A stretch of DNA of 64,000 bases from Candidatus Thorarchaeota archaeon (GCA_020348985.1 CP070761.1:3093243-3157242); one strand, 5' to 3'; positions 48,522-58,807 are shown, counted from the stretch's first letter. Notes: generated by a model from the sequence alone, not told the origin. Translations and numbers: made by a program.

Positions 48522-49263
48522 TCAAAAACCATTCTAAAGCCGGCGACCCCATCACAATACACGACTCATCTTCGTCTGAGCTTCAATCGGAGACACAAGA
48601 CACTTCTCTATGAGCGCTAACTCAAAAAGACTTCTCTCTCCAGGAACTGTCACGTTCTCTGTATCTTATATGCACCCGTCACTAGATGGGGAAGCCTTCT
48701 TTCTCTCTAGAGACTAGTTCTCATGGAGAGTGATCTCTTGAACAGAAGGAAGAACACTTGTAGACCCCTGAAGAAGCGAAGGCGGTTTGACTTGATCGAA
48801 GTTTTCGGCCGAATTCAGACGCTCTGCTTTGAGCCGGTCGTGCGACAATCCTAACAAGCATACTGAGGAAGGCATTTGCACTAACCCCACATCTTGTCTA
48901 AACACCTGGACAATTGGTTGATAGCTGGGTCTTTCCTCCAACTTTGAACAGACCCGGCCTCATCCACTACTACTCGAATCCAGTCTCCGATATAACGAGT
49001 ATGTCCCGCTTGAAACAGAAGTTCTCTCTCAGATTCATCTTCATGCCACAAATCCGATCTGATGCGTACATTGTTCCACTCCTCATCATGGACCCACCCA
49101 ATAACCTGACCAAATAACTCCATCCTGAAGAATCACGCTCCTGATACCTCTGAAAACTTTGTCTGAGCTTGGGCCGCTGATTCAGCTCTCAGTTCCTGGA
49201 GCGGACTTCAACAGATTTCAGGTGTAGCCCAATCTGCGAACCCAACCCGGTGAATTTCGTCGA

Positions 49264-50574
49264 TTACTTGTATTCCACTGTGACAAGGTGAGCACTGCAA
49301 CTGATACAGGGGTCATAGGCCCTAGCAATCATCTCAAACTGAAGCTCGAGATCCACCGTGGTCTTTGTCGAAATCAGTCTCTCTCCAGATTCACGAATGA
49401 ACTCCTCTACGTCATCAAGGAACATCGCAGTGGGTGTAACGTAGTCAGCAGCCACAGCTCGGCCATTCTCAATCATGTAGTGATGAATGAGAGTCCCCCT
49501 TGGTGCCTCGACGGCACCGGTCCCGACACCACTCTCCCGGTTTGGCTCGGCTGTTTCAGGTTCCTTGAGAGTCGTCAAGCGATCGATGGTTTCGATCACG
49601 CCCTCCAACGAATAGACCTGTTCGATTGCCTGGGCGAAATTGTTGTACAATGGATTGCGTAGCCATCTATCATGGATAAGACCGTCGTAAGCCTTTCTTG
49701 CCTCACCTTTCAGTCGTTCACCCAAAAGATTCACGCGCGCCAATGCGCCGACGGTAAAGGGCCGTCCTCCGTATGAGCTCCGTTTGGCAAAGCTATGACT
49801 CACAACACGCTCTTCTATGACACTCTGATAGTCCTCGGCTGGGTGCTCCTTACCATCCGAAGTAATGAGAACATCACCGTAGTAACCGTATTCATTATGT
49901 GGCGGCTTGCAGCAGAGAAACTGAGTATCACGTTCCATGTGATCTGGAATCTCAAGGTCTGCCAGAATCTCGATTGTTTCTAGAGCGAAGGCAAGCCCGT
50001 CTTTGGCTTCCGTCTGTATCGAGAGAAGGCACTCCCGATCAGGAAGCTTCCCGAATCCTCCTAATACTGGATTCTCTCCATGAATCATCCGACCCCCGAT
50101 CGCCCTCATTATCTTGTTGCCGAGGGCTTTCATTTGGAGCGCTTTCGTCACAATCTCGCCATAGTCCACTGCCATTTCCACGGCATTCGTGTAGCCAAAG
50201 AAATCAGGCAGTGCAAGCATATAGAGATGAAGGCTATGACTTTCAATGATCTCTCCGTGATGCATCAGGTGTCGGTACAGGTCAGTGACTTCAGGAATCC
50301 TGACATCAAGCGCTTTCTCCAATCCTCGCAGACTTGCGTACTTGTGGGACAAATTGCAGATTGCACAGATACGTGGAACAAGACTAAGGATTTCTTCAGG
50401 TGTCTTTCCTATCACAAGTGTTTCAAAGAGCCGGGGGCCTTCTAGAATCTGTACTTCGACATTTATGATCCTATTGTCCTCTATCTCAACTCTGATGCCG
50501 CCATTCCCTTCTACTCTTGCAAGCGGCTTGATTTCGATTGTGTCTCTCTTTGCCACAGAATCACCTCTTCCCAC
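49264..50574 (-). CDS. hydA: Group 3b NiFe hydrogenase (sulfhydrogenase) alpha/large subunit
   Basis: ARVEG, RICAICNLSH (L1), EAPRG.L.H, AYDPCISCSAH (L2) plus short cleavable tail. Confidence 0.95.
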   Translation of the reverse strand: MGRGDSVAKRDTIEIKPLARVEGNGGIRVEIEDNRIINVEVQILEGPRLFETLVIGKTPEEILSLVPRICAICNLSHKYASLRGLEKALDVRIPEVTDLYRHLMHHGEIIESHSLHLYMLALPDFFGYTNAVEMAVDYGEIVTKALQMKALGNKIMRAIGGRMIHGENPVLGGFGKLPDRECLLSIQTEAKDGLAFALETIEILADLEIPDHMERDTQFLCCKPPHNEYGYYGDVLITSDGKEHPAEDYQSVIEERVVSHSFAKRSSYGGRPFTVGALARVNLLGERLKGEARKAYDGLIHDRWLRNPLYNNFAQAIEQVYSLEGVIETIDRLTTLKEPETAEPNRESGVGTGAVEAPRGTLIHHYMIENGRAVAADYVTPTAMFLDDVEEFIRESGERLISTKTTVDLELQFEMIARAYDPCISCSAHLVTVEYK

Positions 50575-51337
50575 TCAGCTTCTCGATATGTGCAAGTATC
50601 TTGTAGCCGCCGAAATTGCGGACTCTGCGGATTATGTCTTCGTGGGGGATTCCGAAACTCTCAAGCAGCCCTAGTTGTTCCTCAAAATTGCCATCAGGGT
50701 TGGGTCCCCAACATCCAACACAAGGAAGTCCATTGTTGGGACAGGCGGAGTGACATCCACCCAGTGTTAGAGGTCCGAGACAGAACTTCTGGTCGAGAAG
50801 AAGACATAGGTTCTCGTTCAGTTTGCATTCATGACATACAGGGTGAGGAAATTCCTCAGGGTCTGCTCCATGAATCAGTCTGGCGATAAGTGCCATTGCT
50901 TGAGACTGACTTATCGGACAACCAGGGAGATAATAATCTACGCTCACTACTTCATCTAGGGGGGCTCCTTCAACAGGATTGGTGATGAACTTGATATCAC
51001 CATAGACCTGTTTGAGCCTTCTTGCGAAGCTGCCATCTTTGGCGAACATCGCCTGGGGACCGCCGGAGACTGCGCAATTACCGATAGCCACAAGTACTCC
51101 AGCTCGGTCTCGGATTTCCTTGATGTGCTGTCTTTCCTCTTCAGTACTGATACTACCTTCTACGAATGCAATGTCAATCTCCGTTTCAAGCGGATTGCTC
51201 GAAGCCATGACGAAAGATCTCATTTCAACTGCATTGAAGAAATCGAGCAATCGGTCTTCCGTGTGGATGATAAGAAGCTGGTCACCAGCACAGCCTGTGA
51301 ATCCGTAGATGCCTACTCGTGGCTTGTATTCCGGCAT
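50561..51337 (-). CDS. hydD: Group 3b hydrogenase delta/small subunit
   Basis: FTGCAGDQ, EGSI, GNCAVSGG, PGCP, CHEC..CLGP..GC..CP..PCVGCWG. Confidence 0.92.
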   Translation of the reverse strand: MPEYKPRVGIYGFTGCAGDQLLIIHTEDRLLDFFNAVEMRSFVMASSNPLETEIDIAFVEGSISTEEERQHIKEIRDRAGVLVAIGNCAVSGGPQAMFAKDGSFARRLKQVYGDIKFITNPVEGAPLDEVVSVDYYLPGCPISQSQAMALIARLIHGADPEEFPHPVCHECKLNENLCLLLDQKFCLGPLTLGGCHSACPNNGLPCVGCWGPNPDGNFEEQLGLLESFGIPHEDIIRRVRNFGGYKILAHIEKLSGKR

Positions 51338-51338
51338 C

Positions 51339-52190
51339 TCAAATCAACTCCCTAAAATGAAGAGTATCCCAGTATGTGAAGATGGGACCATCTATGCAGG
51401 TGTAAATATGATCTAGTGCACAGTGTCCACACTTGCCTACTCCGCATTTCATCCTTCTTTCGAGCGTCATCTGAATCATGTTCTTCGGTATCTTGAGCTT
51501 AAGTAGCTCCTTGATCACAAACTTGTACATGATTGGGGGACCGCAGACTACTGCGGTAGTGGTCTGAGGATCGATTTTGGGTAGCTTCTGAAACAGGCTC
51601 GTGACCACTCCTGTATTCTCGGTCCAATCTCCTGTAGTGTCCTTGTCAACACTGTATAGGCAATCAATGTCTTCTCTCGCCTTGATCTGGAAGAACTCAT
51701 TCTTGAAAAGAAACTCGTTGGGATTCCTCGCCCCATACAGAAAGTAGAGTTCGTCGAACTGATCTCTGTTGTCTAGGACGAAGTAAAGAATAGAACGGAG
51801 AGGGATGACGCCGAGGCCACCCGCAACTATGATAATGTCACGTTCGACCATCGGCTCAATTTTGAACCCATTTCCATACGGGCCACGCAGGTAGACAATA
51901 TCGTTGTCCTTCTTCTTGAAGAGCGCCCGCGTTAGATTCCCGGTTCTCCTAATTCCCATTTCGAGAATGCCCGGCCTGCTTGGCGTGGAGGAAATGGAGA
52001 ATGGAGCTTCTCCGACGCCAGGTATCGACAACATAGCGAATTGACCCGGCACGTAGTCGAACGACATTGCTCTGTTCATGTCTATGAAGCGAATCTGAAA
52101 GAACCGATGATCCTTGATAAGATCATACTGCCTTACTATTCGGGCTGGTTCTGGTAGAAACGGGTTCTCAATCTGTTCTGATAGACTCAT
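51339..52190 (-). CDS. hydG: Group 3b hydrogenase gamma subunit (FAD/NAD(P), 2Fe-2S)
   Basis: PGQF, EAPFSI, RGPYGNGF, GGLG..PLRS, CGPPIM, ERRMKCGVGKCGHC..C.DGP. Confidence 0.92.
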   Translation of the reverse strand: MSLSEQIENPFLPEPARIVRQYDLIKDHRFFQIRFIDMNRAMSFDYVPGQFAMLSIPGVGEAPFSISSTPSRPGILEMGIRRTGNLTRALFKKKDNDIVYLRGPYGNGFKIEPMVERDIIIVAGGLGVIPLRSILYFVLDNRDQFDELYFLYGARNPNEFLFKNEFFQIKAREDIDCLYSVDKDTTGDWTENTGVVTSLFQKLPKIDPQTTTAVVCGPPIMYKFVIKELLKLKIPKNMIQMTLERRMKCGVGKCGHCALDHIYTCIDGPIFTYWDTLHFRELI

Positions 52191-53275
52191 TCTTCAGGCA
52201 CCTCACAGCTGGTTAGTGCTTCAGACACCGTTAGCACATTGATGTCCACAGGGCAGGTTTCGACACATCGGCCGCAGCCAACACACGCAGGTGAACCATA
52301 CTTGTGGGCAAATGCCTTTAGCTTGTGAGTGTACCACAGCTTCAATCGATCTGCCCGAGCGTGTCTAAAGTTATGACCTCCTGCCACCAAGCTGTAGTCT
52401 GCAAACATACAGCTGTCCCACATTCTTTCTCTCCGTCCCGAGGTCTCTGTGGCCAGATCAAGGACGTCTGTAACGTTGTAACAATTGCAGGTGGGACACA
52501 CCATTGTGCACTGGCCACATGATAGGCACTTCTTTCCGAAGTAGTCCCATATTTCGCTCTTGTAACTCAGTTCTATGATGTCTGGCATGTCTCGGAAGTT
52601 GAATGACTTCTTGAACATCCTATTGCGTTTCTCACGCCACTCGATGTAGATCTGGATATCTTCATGAGTTACATTCTCATCAAAGAAATCCTCTTTCTCC
52701 AGAATCATATCATAGCCGAAACTTGAGCCGACCCAGACTAGATAGAAGTCAGTCAAGTCTACAAAGAAGAGGTCGAATCCTTCTGCCACAATATCAGTTC
52801 CAGTAGATCTGCATAAGGCGTTCTCCGCCGGGAGACAAGAGAAACCGATGATTGCCGAGTTCTTCCTCAATCCTGCATAGTATGGATCTGGCGGATGAAC
52901 GAGGAATACTTCATCAAGCTTCAGGATTCCGTGGATCTCACAGGGATGAACTCCAATGATGACTCGTTTTTCAAAGATGGAATAATCGGCCTCAAAGCCT
53001 CTGCTGTCAAACCGGAACATGTCGAATCTCATTGGATGGAATAGTCTCTTCAATGGGAGTAGAGTATTCTCACCATCAAGAACCAGCTCATCATAGCTCT
53101 CAATAGGAGCGTATTTGAGAATGCCGCTTTGTCGCTTCGGCCCATAGAGTGCTCCAAAGCCCTCAAGACCCATGAGGAACTCCTTTAGGAAATCTGGCTT
53201 CATTTTCAGTATGCGCACGTGTGGCACCTCGACCTTGTCTTCATCTGAGGATTCTGATGGATTCCCCAAGAACAA
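52187..53275 (-). CDS. hydB: Group 3b hydrogenase beta subunit (4Fe-4S)
   Basis: GVHPCE, CLSCGQCTMVCPTCNC, RMWDSC, GGHNFR, CVGCGRCVETCP. Confidence 0.92.
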   Translation of the reverse strand: MFLGNPSESSDEDKVEVPHVRILKMKPDFLKEFLMGLEGFGALYGPKRQSGILKYAPIESYDELVLDGENTLLPLKRLFHPMRFDMFRFDSRGFEADYSIFEKRVIIGVHPCEIHGILKLDEVFLVHPPDPYYAGLRKNSAIIGFSCLPAENALCRSTGTDIVAEGFDLFFVDLTDFYLVWVGSSFGYDMILEKEDFFDENVTHEDIQIYIEWREKRNRMFKKSFNFRDMPDIIELSYKSEIWDYFGKKCLSCGQCTMVCPTCNCYNVTDVLDLATETSGRRERMWDSCMFADYSLVAGGHNFRHARADRLKLWYTHKLKAFAHKYGSPACVGCGRCVETCPVDINVLTVSEALTSCEVPEE

Positions 53276-53552
53276 GGGAAGATAGATGCAACATTAAATG
53301 AAAAACGTTGACCTTCTACGTGTCATCCGTCAGATTGCTTCTAAAGGGCGGCGCTGGTGACAGCTATGCAATTCTGCTTCTATCCGAATTAGTCTCTCGC
53401 ATTCGCACTGATCACGATAAGTGACATCTTGTGTGAATGCGGCGCTCTAGCCAGGTTGTCATCATGGTATTCTTGATTGAACAATGAGATTGCAGCCTAC
53501 TGAAAGAGGCCCCTGATTGAGTCTCGATTCTGTTTGTCCTAGCACGTTTAGA

Positions 53553-53945
53553 CTACGACCTGACGATGAAGTAAACGTACAAGAACAGGACAGCGAACAG
53601 CCCCAGCAGTCCAACAAGTGCCCACGCAATAATTGGCAACGTCATTGTGAAGATGTTCCACAACATCCCGATAGCTCCAAGAATGTTGAAGGATAGCTCC
53701 ATGATCACATAGACTTCAACCTGGTCCCAGGTTGTCTTCTGATATGCGAAGATGGAACCAATGGCCATCACTAGTGTTGCCATTCCCACCATTCGTCCAG
53801 CCGCGTACTCCACTGGCCACCCTGAGACAGCGCTCCAGTACTCTGGCATCAGGAACCAAAAGGCCCCAAAGACCAATGCGACAATGAAATGAAGCAGGAA
53901 TACATACTTCGCTATGTTAGATATCTCTCCGCTCATTTTACCCAC
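53553..53945 (-). CDS. Four-TM membrane protein
   Basis: Four hydrophobic helices; GWP..AGRMVG. Confidence 0.75.
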   Translation of the reverse strand: MGKMSGEISNIAKYVFLLHFIVALVFGAFWFLMPEYWSAVSGWPVEYAAGRMVGMATLVMAIGSIFAYQKTTWDQVEVYVIMELSFNILGAIGMLWNIFTMTLPIIAWALVGLLGLFAVLFLYVYFIVRS

Positions 53946-54081
53946 GCAATTACAGTTTTGTCTGCCTGCAGTCTAACCTTCTTTTCTATCTTTCCCACAG
54001 CTGTAAAACTAATGGTGAATGTTCTGGAACTAGTAATGGAGAAGTTGATATCAAATTCCTGCAGCAGGAGAATCTAGTGCT

Positions 54082-54726
54082 ATGAGAAATCTAAATGACG
54101 TGCTAGCGGAATCGGAGACAACTCAGACAGAATTGGCGAGTCAAGTCTCAAAGAGCGACCAGCACGAATTCGAGGGATTGTCACTCGGAGGTGTAGATGT
54201 CGCATATTGTAATGAGATGGCCCATGCATGCGCTGTGATTTTCGACATTCCAACACAGTCCATAGTACGAAGAGAGAAAGTGATTGTCGATTGTGAGTTT
54301 CCATACGTTCCAGGTCATTTCTATCTGCGAGAAGCTCCAGTAATCCTCAGACTTTTAGATAGATTTGAGAAAACCATGTTCCTGATTGACGGAAATGGCG
54401 TTCTGCATCCTCGCAGGATGGGATTGGCTTCCTACATAGGTGTAAAGCTAGATGTTCCGACCATCGGGATAGCCAAGAGTCTGCTCCATGGGAAATTGAG
54501 CAAGAGAGAAGGTAACCGCGCATTCATTACTGACAATGGCGAAACAATTGGTTCTGCTGTTTGGTTACCCGGAAAGAAGAAGCCAATCTTCGTTTCGATT
54601 GGGCATCGCGTGAGTCTAGACACAGCAATCAGAGTGGCAAAGATGTCTTCAGTCCACGGATACCCAGAACCACTCCGTCAAGCTCACCTTTGTGCCAATG
54701 AGATGGCACGAGTAGGCTCACAGTAG
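54082..54726 (+). CDS. nfi: Endonuclease V
   Basis: GGVDVAY, FPYVPG..LRE, IDGNGVLHPRRMGLAS, TIGIAKS, PIFVSIGH, PEPLRQAH. Confidence 0.95.
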   Translation: MRNLNDVLAESETTQTELASQVSKSDQHEFEGLSLGGVDVAYCNEMAHACAVIFDIPTQSIVRREKVIVDCEFPYVPGHFYLREAPVILRLLDRFEKTMFLIDGNGVLHPRRMGLASYIGVKLDVPTIGIAKSLLHGKLSKREGNRAFITDNGETIGSAVWLPGKKKPIFVSIGHRVSLDTAIRVAKMSSVHGYPEPLRQAHLCANEMARVGSQ

Positions 54727-54730
54727 AGCC

Positions 54731-55264
54731 TCACAACTCCAATTCCATGAATATTGCAAAAGGCTTGAAAGGTTCTGGAGTCTCGTAACCATCGTAAGGC
54801 TCACGCTCCTTGAAGCCCAGAGATCGATAGATGTGATGTGCAGACTCCATGTAGACGCCGCTTTCAAGTCGGACCAGAGAAAACCCCACACTTCCCGCGT
54901 GCTCAAGCAGTTTTCGGACCAACTCCTTTCCGAGCCCTTGTCCTCTGCACTCTGGACGTATGTACATTCGCTTGATTTCACAGATCCCTTCCTCAAGCTT
55001 GCGCACTCCACCCATACCCATAGCTTCACCGGCGACCTCTAGGATGTAGAATATCCCGTCTCGTTCAAAGCTACGGGCGACCTCTTCGTAACTTGCTTCG
55101 ACGTACTCACGGGCTGTACCACCCATGATTGCGACGATGTCCACGCCGTATCGGGCCTTAATCACCTCAACAGTCCAATTAAGAAACTCGACGTTCAACT
55201 CGATGAACTGCTGCTTATGCTTGATACGGCTGAATGGCACAAACTCTCCCATGAGAACAAGCAC
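54731..55264 (-). CDS. GNAT N-acetyltransferase
   Basis: EIKRMYIRPECRGQGLG..A..IYRSLGF..REPY. Confidence 0.92.
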   Translation of the reverse strand: MLVLMGEFVPFSRIKHKQQFIELNVEFLNWTVEVIKARYGVDIVAIMGGTAREYVEASYEEVARSFERDGIFYILEVAGEAMGMGGVRKLEEGICEIKRMYIRPECRGQGLGKELVRKLLEHAGSVGFSLVRLESGVYMESAHHIYRSLGFKEREPYDGYETPEPFKPFAIFMELEL

Positions 55265-55328
55265 CGCAATTCAGTATATGATTCTGAATCTAGATAACCA
55301 TACCGAGACTCAAAGCTATTCAGGCCCT

Positions 55329-56003
55329 TCAGGCCAACTGCTTCTCATCATTGTGGAAACTATGTAGGAGCTCTATGACCTCGCTGTCGGGCACGTCATA
55401 CCAATTCTCGTAGGCATTCGCAACGGCGAAAACGAATCCGGACTCGATTCGAGGACAGACCAAATGGTCAACCAATGGTTCCACTCTTGGAGCTGCGCTT
55501 CCGGATGAAGTCGGCACAGCAACAGTGATTCCTGCGGGTTCCGCCATCTTCACAGATTCGAGCGCGGCGACCATAGTAAACCCAGAGGCCAAGCCGTCAT
55601 CAACCAGGATGACATCGCGTCCTTGTGGGTCTTCTATTGCAGCAAGACCGCTGTAGGCTTCTTTCCTGTTCTCGATTTGTCTAAGAGTCTGATCACGTAC
55701 GGCCACAATGTCAATCTTAGAAAGACCAATCCGCTTCACCAAGTCATCATTCAGAATCATCGTTCCTAATGATGTCAATGCACCGAAGCCGGCCTCAGGA
55801 TTGTAAGGAATCTGAAGTTTGCGCACGATGAGGATGTCAAGTTGGGCATTCAGTCTCTCAGCGATAGGTGCAGCGACTGCAACGCCTCCATTGGGGATTG
55901 CCAGAATTAGGGGGTTAAACCATTCTTTGAGCTCAATCAGCTCATCTGCTAGAATCTGTCCCGCATGTCTACGGTCACGGTATGACCAATTCATTTGAAC
56001 CAC
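55329..56003 (-). CDS. Phosphoribosyltransferase family protein
   Basis: DRRHAG..LA, IPNGG, VRKL..P.NPE..GA, VILVDDGLASG. Confidence 0.92.
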   Translation of the reverse strand: MVQMNWSYRDRRHAGQILADELIELKEWFNPLILAIPNGGVAVAAPIAERLNAQLDILIVRKLQIPYNPEAGFGALTSLGTMILNDDLVKRIGLSKIDIVAVRDQTLRQIENRKEAYSGLAAIEDPQGRDVILVDDGLASGFTMVAALESVKMAEPAGITVAVPTSSGSAAPRVEPLVDHLVCPRIESGFVFAVANAYENWYDVPDSEVIELLHSFHNDEKQLA

Positions 56004-56034
56004 CTCTGGCCATCTATGTATGTCTCACTATGCT

Positions 56035-57687
56035 TCATGTGGATTTCATCTTTCTGAATCGCATCGCGTGAGTATCCAATGGCAGAAACATGTCAAAGCC
56101 GATGACTTGCTTCTTCTTGTTTCGTCTGAATCTGATCTGTACGGTGAGGAACAGAAGTTCATCTGTCGCCAATTTATGTAGTTCAAATTCGTCTGACCAA
56201 GAGCAAGGTCCTACGCAGACCAAAGTGGCGTTCTCCGTTTTCTTCAGTTGGAACTTACTATCAAGTTCCTTGCTATGGTAGTGTCCTGTGAAGTCATCCA
56301 TTTCGTCCGAAGGGATTCTCCCAGGGATTGGCACCCATTTGGATTGCTGTCCAGTTGGTTGGTGAAAGACGAACTGAGTCTGATTCTCTTCAGTGATTTG
56401 AACGACAAGACTCCCTGTTAGCGCACCGCCAGTTGGTCGGAACTCGGTCTTGGAAACAGGAGTGTAGATGGTCCGGGATTCTCTCCAGCCAACCACCATT
56501 ACTGAAAGCCCGGATTCTTCGCGTGATACTTCAATCAAACTCCCGTAAGGCGTTCGGTACATGCCTGCAAGCTCGTCCAGCTTCTTCTTCGAAAACTTGG
56601 TCGCCTTGGATAGATTTCTGTCTGGTTGATCCATATCCCTATCCTCAATGTGCTTCTCAAGAAACAAGCTTGCCACAGAAAGAGCAAGGCTTTGTGCTGG
56701 GACAGTACCAACGTTAGCCAGAGTGATAACACTGAGCCTTTGCTCAGGGAACCTTGCCATGAATGCGTGAAATCCCGCCCATGCACCACCGTGGCTGATC
56801 ATTGGCAACCCTCTATACTCGGAATTCACCAAACCAAATGCGTACGTGTGTGGCTCGCCGCTGTTTAGGACTCCAACAGTCTCAATAGTCTTTATGAGCG
56901 CCTCACCACCGGGCAGTTTGCTCTCGTAGAAATTTCGATCCCAAAGAAGTAGGTCATCCACGGTGGTAAAGACCGCACCGTCCCCAACGACTTCGTTGTT
57001 GCTCATCAGAATCTCAAACTTTCCATCTTCTCGGAGTGTGTATCCGTAGGCGCGGTTCTTCACAACCATCTTACAATCATCGTGATAGTGAGTATACTCC
57101 ATGCCAAGTGGACCAAAGATGTTCTCATCAGCAAATTCCCTTAGAGTCTTACCGCTCACTCTTTCGACAATAAGTCCAAGCAGGTAGTAATTGGAATTGC
57201 TGTAATCATAGCGTTCTCCGGGTTCAAATTTCGGATTCCTCTGTCGTACGATCATCTCTAGTACTTCTTCTTTCGTGATGTGGTCAGCGTACTTGATATC
57301 CAGCGCAAGCATTGACAAGAAGAGTAGATCCGTGTAGGAACGAATGCCGCTTGTGTGATGTACCATATGTCGAATCGTAATCGACTCAGCATATTCCGGC
57401 AGCTCGGGAATATACTTACAGATTCCATCATCTAGAGAAAGCAGCTTCTTCTCAGCTAGTATGGCGATACACATCGCAGTGAACTGCTTGGACATTGATC
57501 CAATTCGGAATACTGACTTCGATGTGATTGGGATTCTGTGTTCCAGGTTTGCCAAACCGTATCCTCGTTCGTAGAGCATCTCACCATCCTTGATCACGGC
57601 GAGCATGCATCCGGGCGAATCATCCTTGTCCCATTCCGAGAATAGACTGTCGACCTCCTTGCTTCTAGTGCTCATACAACATCCCAC
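56035..57687 (-). CDS. Serine hydrolase, beta-lactamase/D-aminopeptidase family (no signal peptide)
   Basis: FRIGSMSKQFT (SxxK), HTSG, YSNSNY (YxN), HGGAWAG. Confidence 0.92.
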   Translation of the reverse strand: MGCCMSTRSKEVDSLFSEWDKDDSPGCMLAVIKDGEMLYERGYGLANLEHRIPITSKSVFRIGSMSKQFTAMCIAILAEKKLLSLDDGICKYIPELPEYAESITIRHMVHHTSGIRSYTDLLFLSMLALDIKYADHITKEEVLEMIVRQRNPKFEPGERYDYSNSNYYLLGLIVERVSGKTLREFADENIFGPLGMEYTHYHDDCKMVVKNRAYGYTLREDGKFEILMSNNEVVGDGAVFTTVDDLLLWDRNFYESKLPGGEALIKTIETVGVLNSGEPHTYAFGLVNSEYRGLPMISHGGAWAGFHAFMARFPEQRLSVITLANVGTVPAQSLALSVASLFLEKHIEDRDMDQPDRNLSKATKFSKKKLDELAGMYRTPYGSLIEVSREESGLSVMVVGWRESRTIYTPVSKTEFRPTGGALTGSLVVQITEENQTQFVFHQPTGQQSKWVPIPGRIPSDEMDDFTGHYHSKELDSKFQLKKTENATLVCVGPCSWSDEFELHKLATDELLFLTVQIRFRRNKKKQVIGFDMFLPLDTHAMRFRKMKST

Positions 57688-57745
57688 ACCAAGGAGTGTC
57701 GACTAGAGTCCGGGGTGTAATAAGATTTGGTGGTGGTCTTGGGTG

Positions 57746-57865
57746 TCATCCTCCCCGTCTTTTTGAAGCCGCATCAATGATGACGATTACGACAACACCA
57801 CCAGCTCCGCCACCCATAACAATGAGGAGTCCTTTGAGGTCTCCGTCTGTTGGCTGAGAGTTCTC
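57746..57865 (-). pseudogene. Orphan C-terminal TM-anchor coding remnant in frame with the ankyrin gene
   Basis: Reads ENSQPTDGDLKGLLIVMGGGAGGVVVIVIIDAASKRRGG* after TGA-TTC-TGA. Confidence 0.5.
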
Positions 57866-57871
57866 TCAGAA

Positions 57872-58807
57872 TCAGAACGGTTGTGAAAGACCCTTCTTTG
57901 CACCAGGCTGTTGCTCCAAGATTCTTACAATCTCTAGGTGACCATTACGTCGAGCGTACAACATTGCAGTCATGCCGTCTTCAGTGTCAGTCCCTGATAT
58001 GGCCACATTTGGGTCTGCACCTTTCTCAAGCAGCATCCTCACTATATCCTCGTGCCCTTCTCCTGAGGCAAACATGAGAGCAGTGCCATTCACTAATGTC
58101 TTCATGTTCACATCCGCACCATTCTCCAATAGAAGACTGGTGATATCCACATGTCCTTGTGCCGCTGCTTGCATCAGAGGAGTCCACCCTGCCGAGTTGG
58201 TGCAATCCACGTTCGCGCCGTTTTCTAGTAGAACACGCACAATCTCCAGGTGCCCCCTCAGAGAAGCCCAGACAAGGGCGGTCATTCCACGACTGTCGGT
58301 GGCCTCGAGATCTGCTTTGCTATCTATCGCGTCAATGACATCCTCAAGTGTCCCGTCATGGGATGCTTGAAGCAGCTTGGCGGTGGCAGCTTCCATTCCG
58401 TCTGTTGATGGCTTGACATGAGCAATCCTGTATTCCCTTAGCATATCCACAATTTCAGGCAGGCCATACGCTGACATAGAGGCTACGTTGATCATATCGT
58501 TCAGAAGTCGTTCAGGGATATCCTCTGCTCGATCTAGTAGAAGCTCCACAATGTCAGAGTGACCGTCTCGGGCCGCGAGATGAATGGGAGTCATGTCGAT
58601 TCCGTTCAGTATCAGCAAGTCAGCACCGGCATCGATGAGCAGCTTCACAACTTCTATGTGCCCTTTGCTTGAAGCCAAGTGCATAGCGGTGTCACGGAAG
58701 TCCTCACTTGTGACATTCACATCAGCTCCTTTTTCGAGGGCCTCTCTCACGCCTGCAAGATTTCCGGATTCTGCGTGCGTGAGTAGCGCTTCATCTTCTG
58801 GTTTCAT
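57872..58807 (-). CDS. Ankyrin repeat protein
   Basis: About 8-9 repeats of G.T(P/A)L..A...GH..IV..LLE.GADVN. Confidence 0.95.
   Translation of the reverse strand: MKPEDEALLTHAESGNLAGVREALEKGADVNVTSEDFRDTAMHLASSKGHIEVVKLLIDAGADLLILNGIDMTPIHLAARDGHSDIVELLLDRAEDIPERLLNDMINVASMSAYGLPEIVDMLREYRIAHVKPSTDGMEAATAKLLQASHDGTLEDVIDAIDSKADLEATDSRGMTALVWASLRGHLEIVRVLLENGANVDCTNSAGWTPLMQAAAQGHVDITSLLLENGADVNMKTLVNGTALMFASGEGHEDIVRMLLEKGADPNVAISGTDTEDGMTAMLYARRNGHLEIVRILEQQPGAKKGLSQPF

Noticed and set aside
48860-49030. RNase P RNA (GAGGAA.. and AACAGAA words) or SRP RNA in the post-hydrogenase gap
   Set aside because: P4 halves are not complementary on one strand, and there is no SRP helix-8 CAGG..GGAA..AGCA motif
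49136-49203. SECIS-like GAA/A hairpin implying a selenocysteine hydrogenase
   Set aside because: All four subunits are uninterrupted ORFs and HydA has DPCISC with Cys; there is no in-frame UGA to recode
56035-57687. Antibiotic-resistance beta-lactamase
   Set aside because: No signal peptide and extra C-terminal domains; fits the broad esterase/D-peptidase family
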